Positions 47,973 to 57,948 of a stretch of DNA of 64,000 bases are shown one piece after another (position 1 is the stretch's first letter; every line of letters begins with the position of its first letter). The stretch is taken from positions 1,348,914 through 1,412,913 of the forward strand of contig OZ243975.1 of assembly GCA_965214785.1 (NCBI GenBank). Direction: 5' to 3'. Under the pieces are notes generated by a model. That model was given only the letters and a program-made list of their open reading frames with translations, did not search any database and was not told where the DNA came from. Both the position numbers and the translations under genes were made by a program. Source of the stretch: Arenicellales bacterium (GTDB lineage: Bacteria > Pseudomonadota > Gammaproteobacteria > Arenicellales > JAJDZL01).

Positions 47973-48932
47973 ATGAAACTTCCCACTGTCGAAGAAATTC
48001 TTGAAGTTTCAAACATGATTGGTGAACATGTTCCACCGACGCCGCAATACCGTTGGCCATTGCTGTGCCAAAGGTGTGATGCGAATGTCTGGGTCAAGCA
48101 CGAAAATACCACTCCAATCGGATCGTTCAAGATCAGAGGTGGAATCAACTACATAAACGAATGTGACGCACCACACGTCGTTACCGCAACCAGAGGAAAT
48201 CACGGCCAGTCTATCGCTTTGGCAGCACAGCTTGCAGGTAAAAAAGCAACCGTTTACGTTCCATACAACAACAGCGAATCAAAAAATAATGCAATGCGCG
48301 CATTTGGAGCGAATTTGATAGAGCACGGCAAGGATTTCTCTGAAGCACATGACCATGCGCGAAAGACTGCGCGAAAGAAAAATCTTCATTTCGTACCGTC
48401 TTTCGACCGTCGGTTGGTTGTCGGCGTTGCAACTATGGCTGTTGAACTGTTCGATGCAGTCCCTGACCTCGATGCCGTTTATGTTCCGATCGGACTGGGT
48501 TCTGAAATTTGCGCGGTCATCGCTGCCCGCGAAGCGATGGGCTTAAGTCATATTGACATAGTCGGCGTCGTCGCTGAAAATGCACCCGCTTACGCCTTAT
48601 CATTCGCTCAAAGACAACCTGTCACCACTGACAGTGCAGATACCATCGCAGATGGCGTTGCGGTTAGAATCCCGGATAAAACTGCACTGGATATTATCGT
48701 CAGACATGCTGCCCGCGTGGTTCAGGTTTCCGAAAACGAAATCGCCGAAGCAATGGTGCATTACTTCACGGACACACATCACGTGATAGAAGCGGCCGGC
48801 GCCTGCTCTTTGGCAGGGATGTTGAAAGAAAAAACGCAAATGCGCGGTAACAACGTAGCGGTAATCGCGTCGGGTGGTAACGTCGACCCAACGCTTTATC
48901 TGAACATCCTGTCCCAATGGAAATCTGTGTGA
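47973..48932 (+). CDS. PLP-dependent threonine/serine dehydratase-like enzyme (fold type II)
   Basis: 319 aa. SFKIRGG lysine motif, TATRGNHGQS and IASGGN motifs. There is no ACT regulatory domain. Confidence 0.8.
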   Translation: MKLPTVEEILEVSNMIGEHVPPTPQYRWPLLCQRCDANVWVKHENTTPIGSFKIRGGINYINECDAPHVVTATRGNHGQSIALAAQLAGKKATVYVPYNNSESKNNAMRAFGANLIEHGKDFSEAHDHARKTARKKNLHFVPSFDRRLVVGVATMAVELFDAVPDLDAVYVPIGLGSEICAVIAAREAMGLSHIDIVGVVAENAPAYALSFAQRQPVTTDSADTIADGVAVRIPDKTALDIIVRHAARVVQVSENEIAEAMVHYFTDTHHVIEAAGACSLAGMLKEKTQMRGNNVAVIASGGNVDPTLYLNILSQWKSV

Positions 48933-49004
48933 TACAAATTTACTGACTACACCGTATCCGGCCAATTCAATGCCAGCAAGCCAGTTTTGTCGAGTCTGAA
49001 ATCG

Positions 49005-50048
49005 TCAAACGCCCAAAGCGGCCGAGGTGCTTTGCTGTTCGCGGTCGGCAACACTTTGGTCAATTCTGCCAATCCAGTTGCTGAACAGAATTTTTCCCTG
49101 TTCAGACCATGTGTTGCGCAAAAAGGAAGTCAGCTTTGATTCCGGAAAATCCGGGATGGCAAGCCCCCTTTCCCTGGCACGAATCAGTTCTGTTTTGTAG
49201 GCTTCTAGCTCAGCTTTTTCGTCAGTACCGAAATAATTCAAAGGGTATTGCGGATAGTCGCTGATTTGACGATCGACAAATCGATAGACTTCCCTTTTGT
49301 ACTCTTTGAGTAGGCTTACTGCGTCGTATTCAGGGTGCCCCTGCAGAAAAATCCACTTAAACCCGTCTTCACTCACTGCAAGGTGAAAGTCTGCCTGTTC
49401 ACTCATCGCGACAACTCGAATTTTGCACGCAGTGAGTTGTTCTGCTGTCATCTCAAATACATGCGAACGCGGTACATCAAACACCAAATCCAGACCCTCG
49501 CTCAACTGATGCATATCGTCTACAAGGGTGTGTGAGTAAACGCCCCATCTTTTGGTCGGTTTGCACCGCGTCCTTTCGATACCGTAGAGCACCTGAAGGA
49601 CGGCATGACTGGCAAGGCAGGAACACATAATCGTGGGCACATGGTCGTTCGCCCAGCGGATGACCATTTCATATTGTGGCCAAAACGCTTCGGCTTTCAG
49701 ATTGGACTCGCCCGGATTGGCACCTGTCATTATCAATCCGTCTAATGCCAGTGATTGAACTTGTGAATAACTGTCGTAATTGTCTGATACATATTCAAAC
49801 ACATCGCCTTGCCATTGCAAACCGTCGAGCGTGAACGGGTGAATATGGACGTAACATTCACTGACCGCTGCCAGGCGAAGGAACTGTCTTTCTGTAGCAA
49901 CGAACGCGCGCTCGGGCATCATGTTGAGAAATCCAATATGCACTTCGCGTAATGGTTCAGCGTGAATTTCACTGGTATCAACAATATCAACCCCTTCACT
50001 GGCAAGGCGGTCCCACGATCGCAATTTTCGATTTCTAACTAGTGGCAT
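49005..50048 (-). CDS. metA: homoserine O-acyltransferase, MetA family
   Basis: 347 aa. The block IGFLNMMPERAFVATERQFLRL...LDGLIMTGANPG...FWPQYEMVIRWANDHVPTIMCSCLASHAVLQVLYGIER aligns with the MetA core, including the catalytic Cys region. Confidence 0.85.
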   Translation of the reverse strand: MPLVRNRKLRSWDRLASEGVDIVDTSEIHAEPLREVHIGFLNMMPERAFVATERQFLRLAAVSECYVHIHPFTLDGLQWQGDVFEYVSDNYDSYSQVQSLALDGLIMTGANPGESNLKAEAFWPQYEMVIRWANDHVPTIMCSCLASHAVLQVLYGIERTRCKPTKRWGVYSHTLVDDMHQLSEGLDLVFDVPRSHVFEMTAEQLTACKIRVVAMSEQADFHLAVSEDGFKWIFLQGHPEYDAVSLLKEYKREVYRFVDRQISDYPQYPLNYFGTDEKAELEAYKTELIRARERGLAIPDFPESKLTSFLRNTWSEQGKILFSNWIGRIDQSVADREQQSTSAALGV

Positions 50049-50063
50049 AACTGGCGTTGTCGA

Positions 50064-50906
50064 TCAATCAGAAGGCAAAGTTTCGCATATCAAATCAATA
50101 AAGTCGCGCTCGTCGCGAATGTCACCAATGCGGTCGGCACTAATCGTATATCCGTATTGATTGGCAATCGATTCGTATTTTGTTTTGCGGTTTTTAACGA
50201 GATGCGGAAACATCCAGCGGACAAAATCATCGGGATCTATACGCTGCTCACAGTCGTAACCATTCAACTGGAGGTATTCTTTGAGTTTTTCATCAAGAAA
50301 TTCGGGCTCGTAATAAAGCGGCTTGGGATTGCTTTCCTGTCGTTGGATCACAGCGGTTTCAAGTTGCTTGTCAGCCGCTAAGTATACGATCAAGGTATGT
50401 TGCGCCAGATGTTTCAACACCTGCTCATTGCCCAGCTCGCAAATACTGCCACTGGAGTCGTTTACAAAATTTTCGTAGCCATAAATGGTGAACGACTTCC
50501 TGATGAATCCTCCAACATCCAGCATTGAAGCAACTTCAGCGTCCAAATGAAGTTTTTGACGACGCTTGAATTCGTTTAGCGGCAACCCTCCACGACTCTC
50601 ATCTCCAAGTTTCCCCAAAAACTTAGAAAGCGGCTCTAAATTATCTATCGTAATGTTGTTCGCAATATAGATCGAATCACTTCGAAGCAAATCCCTTAGA
50701 AAATCAACTTTCATTGCTTGTTCCTTGATATTGTCCAACATCGGTTCAGACACATACCGAGTGCCAATTCTGTAATCGGCAGAAAAATGAAACCATGACG
50801 TGCGCGGCAGTTTTCTCGCTAGCTTGGTTTTGCCAACTCCGGACATGCCAATCAAGGTGACAGCTTTTCGCTGCCAGTTGAAAAATTCGGATCGGGAAAG
50901 TCTCAT
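50064..50906 (-). CDS. P-loop NTPase, shikimate-kinase-like fold, function unknown
   Basis: 280 aa. Walker A GMSGVGKT near the N-terminus, 15 nt upstream of metA on the same strand. I recall no specific family. Confidence 0.55.
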   Translation of the reverse strand: MRLSRSEFFNWQRKAVTLIGMSGVGKTKLARKLPRTSWFHFSADYRIGTRYVSEPMLDNIKEQAMKVDFLRDLLRSDSIYIANNITIDNLEPLSKFLGKLGDESRGGLPLNEFKRRQKLHLDAEVASMLDVGGFIRKSFTIYGYENFVNDSSGSICELGNEQVLKHLAQHTLIVYLAADKQLETAVIQRQESNPKPLYYEPEFLDEKLKEYLQLNGYDCEQRIDPDDFVRWMFPHLVKNRKTKYESIANQYGYTISADRIGDIRDERDFIDLICETLPSD

Positions 50907-50964
50907 TACACTTTGTTCAGTTAAAAATTCTTACGCATCTTTTACGTCAAATGGCAACCGCTTG

Positions 50965-51219
50965 TCATTGTAAAAGGCTATCAAGTTTGTTTTGATCGTC
51001 CAGCGCGCTAAGTTCGTCGAAGCCCCCGATACCGACAGCGTCAATAAAGATTTGTGGAACTGTCGTACGCCCTTGGCTTCGTTCAAGCATCTCAGATTTA
51101 TGCGCCCTATTCAACAAAACGTCGTACTCGGTAAATTCAATATTTTTTTGTCTAAGCAGTTGTTTGGCTGCATAACAAAACCCACAAAGCGGGCTTGTAT
51201 AGATTTCAACTTTAGCCAT
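50965..51219 (-). CDS. grxC: glutaredoxin 3
   Basis: 84 aa from MAKVEIYT. CGFC active site, and TVPQIFI..GGFDEL. Confidence 0.9.
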   Translation of the reverse strand: MAKVEIYTSPLCGFCYAAKQLLRQKNIEFTEYDVLLNRAHKSEMLERSQGRTTVPQIFIDAVGIGGFDELSALDDQNKLDSLLQ

Positions 51220-51258
51220 CAGTCCATCTGCTGTACATTTTGCTCTTTGCATCCTGCA

Positions 51259-51714
51259 CTATTTCACACCGGTATGCCCGAAACCACCGGCGGCGCGCTC
51301 GCTGGCTTCGAATTCTTCGACCTCTACAAGTTCAGGGCGAATCACTGGAACAAAAACCATCTGCGCGATTCTGTCCGCCGGATTGATGGTAAAGGTGGTG
51401 TCGCTTCGATTCCAGCATGATACAAACACCTGCCCTTGATAGTCTGAATCAATTAACCCAACCAGATTGCCCAAAACAATGCCGTGTTTGTGCCCGAGAC
51501 CTGAACGCGGCAGCAACACTGCAGCGACTCGCGGATCACGGATATCAATCGCGATGCCAGTGGGAATCAGTTCGCATGCTGATGGTTTGATATCAAGCGC
51601 TTCATCTATACATGCCCGAAGATCCAACCCGGCGGCTCCTTGAGTAGAGTATTGTGGCAAGGGCACAGACTTGCCGATTCGCTCATCGAGAATCTTGTAA
51701 CGCACTTTGTGCAT
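51259..51714 (-). CDS. dut: dUTP diphosphatase
   Basis: 151 aa from [32 protein letters not shown] and GLIDSDYQG motifs. The track start at 51738 is less likely. Confidence 0.9.
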   Translation of the reverse strand: MHKVRYKILDERIGKSVPLPQYSTQGAAGLDLRACIDEALDIKPSACELIPTGIAIDIRDPRVAAVLLPRSGLGHKHGIVLGNLVGLIDSDYQGQVFVSCWNRSDTTFTINPADRIAQMVFVPVIRPELVEVEEFEASERAAGGFGHTGVK

Positions 51715-52903
51715 GAATCCGAATTGAAATTTGCTCAATTAAATTTTCTGCTATCTTCGACTTCAAATCAGGTCCGAGCTTTGTCACCCCGTTTCTATCG
51801 ATAAGCTCTATGGCATTGGAATCAGAACCAAGCGCACTGTTTGGACCGCCAACTGCGTTGGCGGCAATCAAATCCACGCCTTTAGACAGCAACTTGCGCT
51901 TGCCTTCAGAGACAAGATTTTTCGATTCGGCAGCAAAACCGACCGCATAGACCTGCGAAAAACGTTTTTTCACTTCCGCAAGTATGTCAGGATTGCGCAC
52001 CAATTCGATTTGCATGGTTTCGTCTTGCGTTTTCTTGATCTTTGACTGTGCCACTTTCGAAGGGCGATAGTCAGCAACAGCGGCAACAGAAATAAACAGT
52101 TCGCAGCCACTCATGTTCTCCATCACTGCCTTTTGCATATCCAGTGCACTGGTCACTCGAATCAGCGTTTCGACCGCAGGGGGTGCATGAATGCTTGTTT
52201 GACCGCTAATCAGGCAGACATTCGCACCGGCGCGAACTGCTGCGTCGGCAATCGCATATCCCATTTTACCGGAACTGAGGTTAGTCAACCCGCGAACCGG
52301 ATCAATCGCCTCCCAGGTCGACCCCGCGGTGATCACTGTATTAATCCCCTGCAACAGTCCCGACGATAAGAAAGCTGCGACTTTATCAACAATTTCTTCA
52401 GGCAAAAGCATGCGCCCCGGGCCGGTTTCTCCGCACGCCTGATCGCCAACTGAAGGTCCAATTATTCGAACACCGCGGCGTTCGATGACCGACACATTGT
52501 GCTGTGTAGCCTGATCGGCCCACATGACCCGATTCATCGCCGGTGCAACCACGATCGGAGACTCGGTTGCCAGACAAAGCGTCGATAATAAGTCATCGGC
52601 AAAACCGTGCGCAAGCCGCGCGATGAAACCTGCACTAGCGGGTGCCACTAAAATGACATCGGCACTGCGGGCGAGTTCTATATGGCCCATACCAGCTTCC
52701 GCCTGTTCATCGAACAGCTCAGTTCGCACAGGATTTCCACTGACCGCCTGCAATGTCAAAGACGAGATAAACTGCGCCGCATTCGGTGTCATGACAACCT
52801 CGACAGCAGTGCCACCTTCCGTTAACCTACGTACAAGCTCTGCAGAGCGATACGCGGCTATGGAGCCAGTCACACCCAGTAAAACCCGTTTTCCTGCAAG
52901 CAT
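51683..52903 (-). CDS. coaBC: bifunctional phosphopantothenoylcysteine decarboxylase / phosphopantothenate-cysteine ligase
   Basis: 406 aa from [18 protein letters not shown]. Flavoprotein N-domain and a CoaB C-domain ([25 protein letters not shown]). Confidence 0.9.
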   Translation of the reverse strand: MLAGKRVLLGVTGSIAAYRSAELVRRLTEGGTAVEVVMTPNAAQFISSLTLQAVSGNPVRTELFDEQAEAGMGHIELARSADVILVAPASAGFIARLAHGFADDLLSTLCLATESPIVVAPAMNRVMWADQATQHNVSVIERRGVRIIGPSVGDQACGETGPGRMLLPEEIVDKVAAFLSSGLLQGINTVITAGSTWEAIDPVRGLTNLSSGKMGYAIADAAVRAGANVCLISGQTSIHAPPAVETLIRVTSALDMQKAVMENMSGCELFISVAAVADYRPSKVAQSKIKKTQDETMQIELVRNPDILAEVKKRFSQVYAVGFAAESKNLVSEGKRKLLSKGVDLIAANAVGGPNSALGSDSNAIELIDRNGVTKLGPDLKSKIAENLIEQISIRIHAQSALQDSR

Positions 52904-53037
52904 TGAATTGTTCACGATCACCTCCAAAACAGGTGTTTTTCGCATTTTCGCCTTCAAATTGCGATTTGCAAGCGTCAATAGTATAAAATGTGCGGCTTGC
53001 TTAAATTAAAACATTGTCACAACCCCTTAGAATTCCG

Positions 53038-53274
53038 ATGCCAAGAGTTTGCCAATTAACAGGAAAAAAAACCGTTGCCGGGAACAACGTATCACACGCA
53101 CACAATAAGACGAAACGCAAATTTCATCCAAACCTGCATTATCGCAGGTATTGGGTTGACAGCGAAAATCGTTGGGTGAAGCTTCGCTTGACGCGCAAGG
53201 CTATTCGTACGATCGATAAGAATGGCATTGACAGCGTTTTGGCCGACATTAGAGCAAATGGAACAAAAGTCTGA
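53038..53274 (+). CDS. rpmB: 50S ribosomal protein L28
   Basis: 78 aa from [33 protein letters not shown], near-collinear with E. coli L28. Confidence 0.95.
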   Translation: MPRVCQLTGKKTVAGNNVSHAHNKTKRKFHPNLHYRRYWVDSENRWVKLRLTRKAIRTIDKNGIDSVLADIRANGTKV

Positions 53275-53293
53275 CTCTTCCTGAGAAATAACG

Positions 53294-53449
53294 ATGCGGG
53301 AAAAAATTAAACTTGAGTCCAGTGCAGGCACCGGGCACTTCTACACCACTTCCAAGAACAAGCGCAATACGGAAGGAAAACTGGCGATCAAAAAATACGA
53401 TCCGGTCGCTGGCAAACACGTTATCTACAACGAAACCAAGCTGAAATAA
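53294..53449 (+). CDS. rpmG: 50S ribosomal protein L33
   Basis: Absent from the ORF track (51 aa): [51 protein letters not shown]. Confidence 0.95.
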   Translation: MREKIKLESSAGTGHFYTTSKNKRNTEGKLAIKKYDPVAGKHVIYNETKLK

Positions 53450-53610
53450 TCCGTACTGCTGTAATCGCGAGACATTCGCGCGGTTCTCAACTTGTGGTTA
53501 TTCCACAATAAACTTCGCAGGTTCGCCGCGCGGTGTTGACAGTTTGGATAAGTGCTCTATCAACCGCACAATGGTCTGAGCACTGAATGGGCGCCGATTT
53601 TGGATGACAA

Positions 53611-54786
53611 TCAGTTGCAGGAACTGCTTTTCAAGCGCAAGGAAAAGCGTGTGAGAGAATCAATTCCCGACTCTTCAGCCATACGACACCACTCTTCCAG
53701 TGAACTTCTCAAACTGTCGTAGGAACTCGATGATTTCATCGCAATTTGGTGGAGTTTCTGCTTCATCTGATATGCTTTTTTTAATTTCTTGTTCGATTCA
53801 AGGAACTGAGACAATTTTTCACGCTTGTGCACACTCAGTCTCGAAGGCTCTGCCACCAATGAATGACGAGCATTTTTCAACATTTTCTTGTATTTACCGC
53901 TGGCAGACTTAATCTCCTCTCGACATACGTCATCGAGTACATCACGCGCATAACTGGACAACACATCAAAACGAGTTGTCACAAACGCCTTGACTGTTTC
54001 CGCATCGCAGTGCCGTTTATTCTCCCGATAAGTAAGCACAGGAATTTTCCGGTTAATGCGCAAAAGTTTTAATGAGTTGAGAATTCGAACATATAGCCAA
54101 CCCAGATCTATTTCCCACGGACGGGTTGAAAACTGTGCTGAGCTCGCATAAGCATGATGATTGTTGTGCAGCTCCTCGCCACCGATCAAAATTCCCCAAG
54201 GAACAATATTGCGACTTGCATCAGGCAAATCAAAATTGCGATAGCCGGCGAAATGTCCGATGCCGTTGATTACCCCTGCCGCCCAAAACGGAATCCACAG
54301 CATTTGGACAATCCAAATCGCGGTTCCGGCTAAAACACCGAACAAGATCAAATTCAATCCAAGCAAAACAAACAGGCCAATATTTGGGTGACCGGCGTAA
54401 ACACGCCGCTCTAGCCAATCATCGGGTGTTCCCTTGCCATATTTTTCCAAAGTTCCAGGCTCTCGAGCAGCACGGCGATAAAGCAGCAGGCCACCCCAAA
54501 GAACTGAGTTGATTCCGACTTGCTGGGGGCTGTGTGGGTCTTCTTGAGATTCAACTTTCGCATGGTGCTTGCGATGAACCGCCACCCATTCCTTAGTCAC
54601 TATTCCAGTGGTAAGCCAAAGCCAAAACCTGAAAACATGACTCAAAGCCGGATGCATTTGCAGTGCGGAATGCGCTTGTCCGCGATGAAGGAAAATCGTA
54701 ACCGAGGCGATCGTGATGTGCGTCAACACAAGACAAACAAGCACGTAGCCCCACCACGGCAGTTCAATTAAATGCAATAGGTCCAC
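53611..54786 (-). CDS. desA: membrane acyl-CoA/acyl-lipid delta-9 fatty acid desaturase (DesA-like)
   Basis: 391 aa. His boxes HRGQAH, HRKHH and HNNHH. The N-terminus is similar to Pseudomonas DesA as I remember it. Confidence 0.8.
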   Translation of the reverse strand: MDLLHLIELPWWGYVLVCLVLTHITIASVTIFLHRGQAHSALQMHPALSHVFRFWLWLTTGIVTKEWVAVHRKHHAKVESQEDPHSPQQVGINSVLWGGLLLYRRAAREPGTLEKYGKGTPDDWLERRVYAGHPNIGLFVLLGLNLILFGVLAGTAIWIVQMLWIPFWAAGVINGIGHFAGYRNFDLPDASRNIVPWGILIGGEELHNNHHAYASSAQFSTRPWEIDLGWLYVRILNSLKLLRINRKIPVLTYRENKRHCDAETVKAFVTTRFDVLSSYARDVLDDVCREEIKSASGKYKKMLKNARHSLVAEPSRLSVHKREKLSQFLESNKKLKKAYQMKQKLHQIAMKSSSSYDSLRSSLEEWCRMAEESGIDSLTRFSLRLKSSSCN

Positions 54787-54807
54787 AACTGAGATTTGAC
54801 GACTGGC

Positions 54808-55026
54808 TTATCTTTCGCGGTATACGATTCTTCCCTTGGTCAAATCGTATGGGGTCAGCTGAACAACAACCCTGTCGCCGCGCAGAATCCTGATGTAGTT
54901 TTTGCGCATCTTTCCAGATATATGTGCAGTCACGATATGATCGTTGTCAAGTTTTACTTTAAATATTGTGTTCGGCAGCGTCTCTAAAACGACGCCATTC
55001 ATCTCTATTTGATCTTCTTTTGCCAC
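54808..55026 (-). CDS. infA: translation initiation factor IF-1
   Basis: 72 aa: [53 protein letters not shown]... Confidence 0.97.
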   Translation of the reverse strand: MAKEDQIEMNGVVLETLPNTIFKVKLDNDHIVTAHISGKMRKNYIRILRGDRVVVQLTPYDLTKGRIVYRER

Positions 55027-55330
55027 AGTGTAGAATTTGATCTCCTTTTAGATTTCAGTAAAAACATATCAAAGTATAAAGATTTACCGGTTTGCGTGTT
55101 GATGATAATTCGTCCACTGACAAGTAATTTTCCATAGCTGTTATGAATGTTCGCCAAATCTGGTTCAGATACCCAATCAACTCGATTTTGCTGATTGAGG
55201 TTCATTTTTACCCATCAGGTTTAAGGGGGTCTGCGGCAACCTGTTGTTTTTAAAGACTGTTGGATGCGGATTATTTTATCTGTCTGTCAGGTAAAATATG
55301 TATGTTCTTTGTTTATCGCCTTAACAGCCA

Positions 55331-55747
55331 ATGCTCTGGGTCAAGACTTTTCATATCGTATTTGTGGTTACCTGGTTTGCAGGAATTTTCTACCTGCCGC
55401 GTCTTTTTGTGTATCACGCCGAAGCCATTGACGAAATCAGCAATGAACGGTTCAAAGTAATGGAGCGGAAGCTATATTTCGGCATTTCAACACCAAGCGG
55501 AGTGTTGACACTGATAACCGGATCGGTGCTGTGGCTGCACTACGGGTTCAGCGGTAGCTGGCTGACATATAAAATCGCGCTAGTTGTAATTCTGGTCTTG
55601 TATCACCTTTGGTGCTGGAAATATCTGGTCGCATTCAAGTATGACCGCAATCAGCATTCCCATATTTTTTACCGCTGGTTTAACGAAGTTCCAGTTTTGT
55701 TGCTAATCGCTATTGTCACCGTGGCAGTATTCAAACCTGTTGTGTAA
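55331..55747 (+). CDS. hemJ: protoporphyrinogen IX oxidase HemJ
   Basis: 138 aa, 4 TM helices. The N-terminus MLWVKTFHIVFVVTWFAGIFYLPRLFVYH is typical of HemJ (UPF0093). Confidence 0.85.
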   Translation: MLWVKTFHIVFVVTWFAGIFYLPRLFVYHAEAIDEISNERFKVMERKLYFGISTPSGVLTLITGSVLWLHYGFSGSWLTYKIALVVILVLYHLWCWKYLVAFKYDRNQHSHIFYRWFNEVPVLLLIAIVTVAVFKPVV

Positions 55748-55750
55748 ACA

Positions 55751-56515
55751 CTACGACTCAGAACAGATACTCGCGCCAAGAATCGGTCCTCTGATGGTTT
55801 GTCGACGTCCGTCGTATTGCTGAACAATGACAGCACAGTTTTGATTGTCTCCGAGTTTGTCAATTGGCACTTCAATTGAAACGCTTTCGCCTTCCCACTT
55901 TCCGATCGAATCAAATTTCCGCACAACATTGAAATTATTCATTACCTTGTCTTTGTTTTCGCCAGAGGTCACGGGTGTGGAGTGTCGCTTGTCATAAGTG
56001 ATAAGCCAAATATCTGCATCAGAGTCGTGATTCCCATCAACATGAACTTTCACACGAGTGGAATCGGAAACATCGGCTGAGGTTTGAAATACCCAACCGG
56101 ATTTTCGCTTCAATTGTTTGTTCGCTTGTCGTTTGTTGCTGCCGACGAAAGCGTAGTCTCCGTTGACAACGATTTGCGGGGTATACACGCCTCTTCGGCC
56201 AGCGAGAAACAGTGCGTTGTAATCGCGCTGGCGTTTACTGTATGCCGGTGAAGAAAATGGATCTTTCCACACGCCAGCAGAACCGTATACCAGTGTGTCC
56301 CAATAGTCGACATGGAATTCTAAGCCCAATATGTCATCGTTTTCGTCGATAATTTCACCTAGCAGTTCATCGGCAGGCGGGCACGAATAACAGCCTTGAG
56401 ACGTAAACAGTTCAAACACATGTCTTGGTTGAGAATCTGCCCAAACGCTGATGGAAAAAAGTAGTGCGATCATAGAAGCCGTGACTGTCTTGGCTATTTG
56501 GTTTTGAATATGCAT
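55751..56515 (-). CDS. DUF1223 (thioredoxin-like) secreted protein
   Basis: 254 aa. Signal peptide, and the ELFTSQGCYSCPPAD motif characteristic of DUF1223. Confidence 0.75.
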   Translation of the reverse strand: MHIQNQIAKTVTASMIALLFSISVWADSQPRHVFELFTSQGCYSCPPADELLGEIIDENDDILGLEFHVDYWDTLVYGSAGVWKDPFSSPAYSKRQRDYNALFLAGRRGVYTPQIVVNGDYAFVGSNKRQANKQLKRKSGWVFQTSADVSDSTRVKVHVDGNHDSDADIWLITYDKRHSTPVTSGENKDKVMNNFNVVRKFDSIGKWEGESVSIEVPIDKLGDNQNCAVIVQQYDGRRQTIRGPILGASICSES

Positions 56516-56565
56516 TTTGAATTGTCGCTTTTGAAAATTAATTTGATCATCTCATCATCTTGGAC

Positions 56566-57051
56566 ATGACTGATTCTGTTTTGTTCAATGTCGTTTTGGT
56601 TTCGCCACAAATCCCACCCAATACGGGAAACATCATTCGATTGTGTGCGAATACCCGATGCGCCCTTCACCTGATCAATCCACTAGGATTTGATCTCACT
56701 GACAAGAAGCTGCGCCGCGCCGGACTCGACTATCATGAATGGGCCCAAGTTCAAGTTTATGATTCGTTCACCGATTACACCCGAAAATCTGATGTTCAAA
56801 GGTGTTTTCTTTATTCTAAATTTCACTCAAATTTGTACACTGACGTCACCTACCAAATGGGAGACTCGCTGGTGTTTGGATCAGAAACTTCCGGTTTGCC
56901 AGATAGTGTCCGGGCATTAGTCACCACAGCGCAACACCTGACACTGCCGATGGCCAAGGGCAACCGCAGTTTAAATCTGTCAAATTCTGCAGCGATTGTT
57001 GTATATGAGGCGTGGAGGCAAATCGGTTTTGCCAATCAGGCTTCAATTTAA
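56566..57051 (+). CDS. trmL: tRNA (cytidine/uridine(34)-2'-O)-methyltransferase TrmL
   Basis: SpoU-type: VVLVSPQIPPNTGNIIRLCANT..LHLI.PLGF....KLRRAGLDYHEW. ATG 56566 is preferred to the TTG at 56560. Confidence 0.9.
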   Translation: MTDSVLFNVVLVSPQIPPNTGNIIRLCANTRCALHLINPLGFDLTDKKLRRAGLDYHEWAQVQVYDSFTDYTRKSDVQRCFLYSKFHSNLYTDVTYQMGDSLVFGSETSGLPDSVRALVTTAQHLTLPMAKGNRSLNLSNSAAIVVYEAWRQIGFANQASI

Positions 57052-57932
57052 GTTCGTTCCGTAGCACTTAGGCACGCGGCAAGTCCAACTCGCAGGTCGC
57101 GATAACGCAAATGCATGTCAGCGTGCTGCAGAATTTTGCTGTTGTCGATTTTGCGAGACTCGCGAAGATATTGTTTCATGGATTCGCTCAAGGCATTGAG
57201 ACGATCTGAATCTGAAGTTTCCTTCACCCGAGGCAATCCCCAAATTTCGGCGACAAGATTCATGTAATCAATCATTCGAAGCGGTATCCCGTCGGCCGCA
57301 TTGTAAATTCCACTGACCGCAGGTTTTGATGCTGCCATGCAGATTTCAACCAAATCATCCACGTGAATTCGGTTCGAAAAGCCAATGTCACTGCGCGGTG
57401 GCAAAGTCAATCCTTTGGCAATGCGTTCGACAGGCACTCGGTCAGGGCCATAAATCCCCGCCACTCTCAGTACAACGAGCTCCAGGGCGTTTTGTTTTGC
57501 CCACTGTTGCGTAAACCCTTCGACATAAGCTCGCCGTTTGGCTCGATTGGTTTGCGGATTAATGGGAAATTGTTCGTTCACCCATCGACCGTTGCAGTTT
57601 CCATACACACCAGTGGTACTGATGAGAACAAACTTGCCAGGTTTTGCGTTCAGTGCAGAGCCAACGAAATGTCGAATTCGTCTGTCTTCACTGGCCTGTG
57701 GGTTGGGTGGCACCAGATAATACACCAGCGATTGGCGATCAACGCGAATAGAATCCACCACTGGTTTGTCCAGATCAATATTAACCTCGGGGATTTCCTT
57801 TGCGCCTTGACTTGAATTTCGAGTCAAGGTCAAGACACTCTTGCCTTTTTCGCGATAAGCTTGTGCGATGCGTTTGCCAACGTAGCCAGCACCTGCCACG
57901 ATCACATTGGTGAACGGTATATTATCAGCCAT
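57048..57932 (-). CDS. NAD-dependent epimerase/dehydratase family (extended SDR) protein
   Basis: The VIVAGAGYVGKR Rossmann motif follows the start MADNIPF (57932). The track start 57968 would overlap the antiporter gene. Confidence 0.75.
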   Translation of the reverse strand: MADNIPFTNVIVAGAGYVGKRIAQAYREKGKSVLTLTRNSSQGAKEIPEVNIDLDKPVVDSIRVDRQSLVYYLVPPNPQASEDRRIRHFVGSALNAKPGKFVLISTTGVYGNCNGRWVNEQFPINPQTNRAKRRAYVEGFTQQWAKQNALELVVLRVAGIYGPDRVPVERIAKGLTLPPRSDIGFSNRIHVDDLVEICMAASKPAVSGIYNAADGIPLRMIDYMNLVAEIWGLPRVKETSDSDRLNALSESMKQYLRESRKIDNSKILQHADMHLRYRDLRVGLAACLSATERT

Positions 57933-57948
57933 TAGTAAGTGCGCCGCA

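Noticed and set aside
55005-55205. A 66-aa minus-strand ORF upstream of and overlapping the infA start.
   Set aside because: It overlaps the infA start region and has no recognisable family or RBS. It is more likely the infA promoter/leader region.
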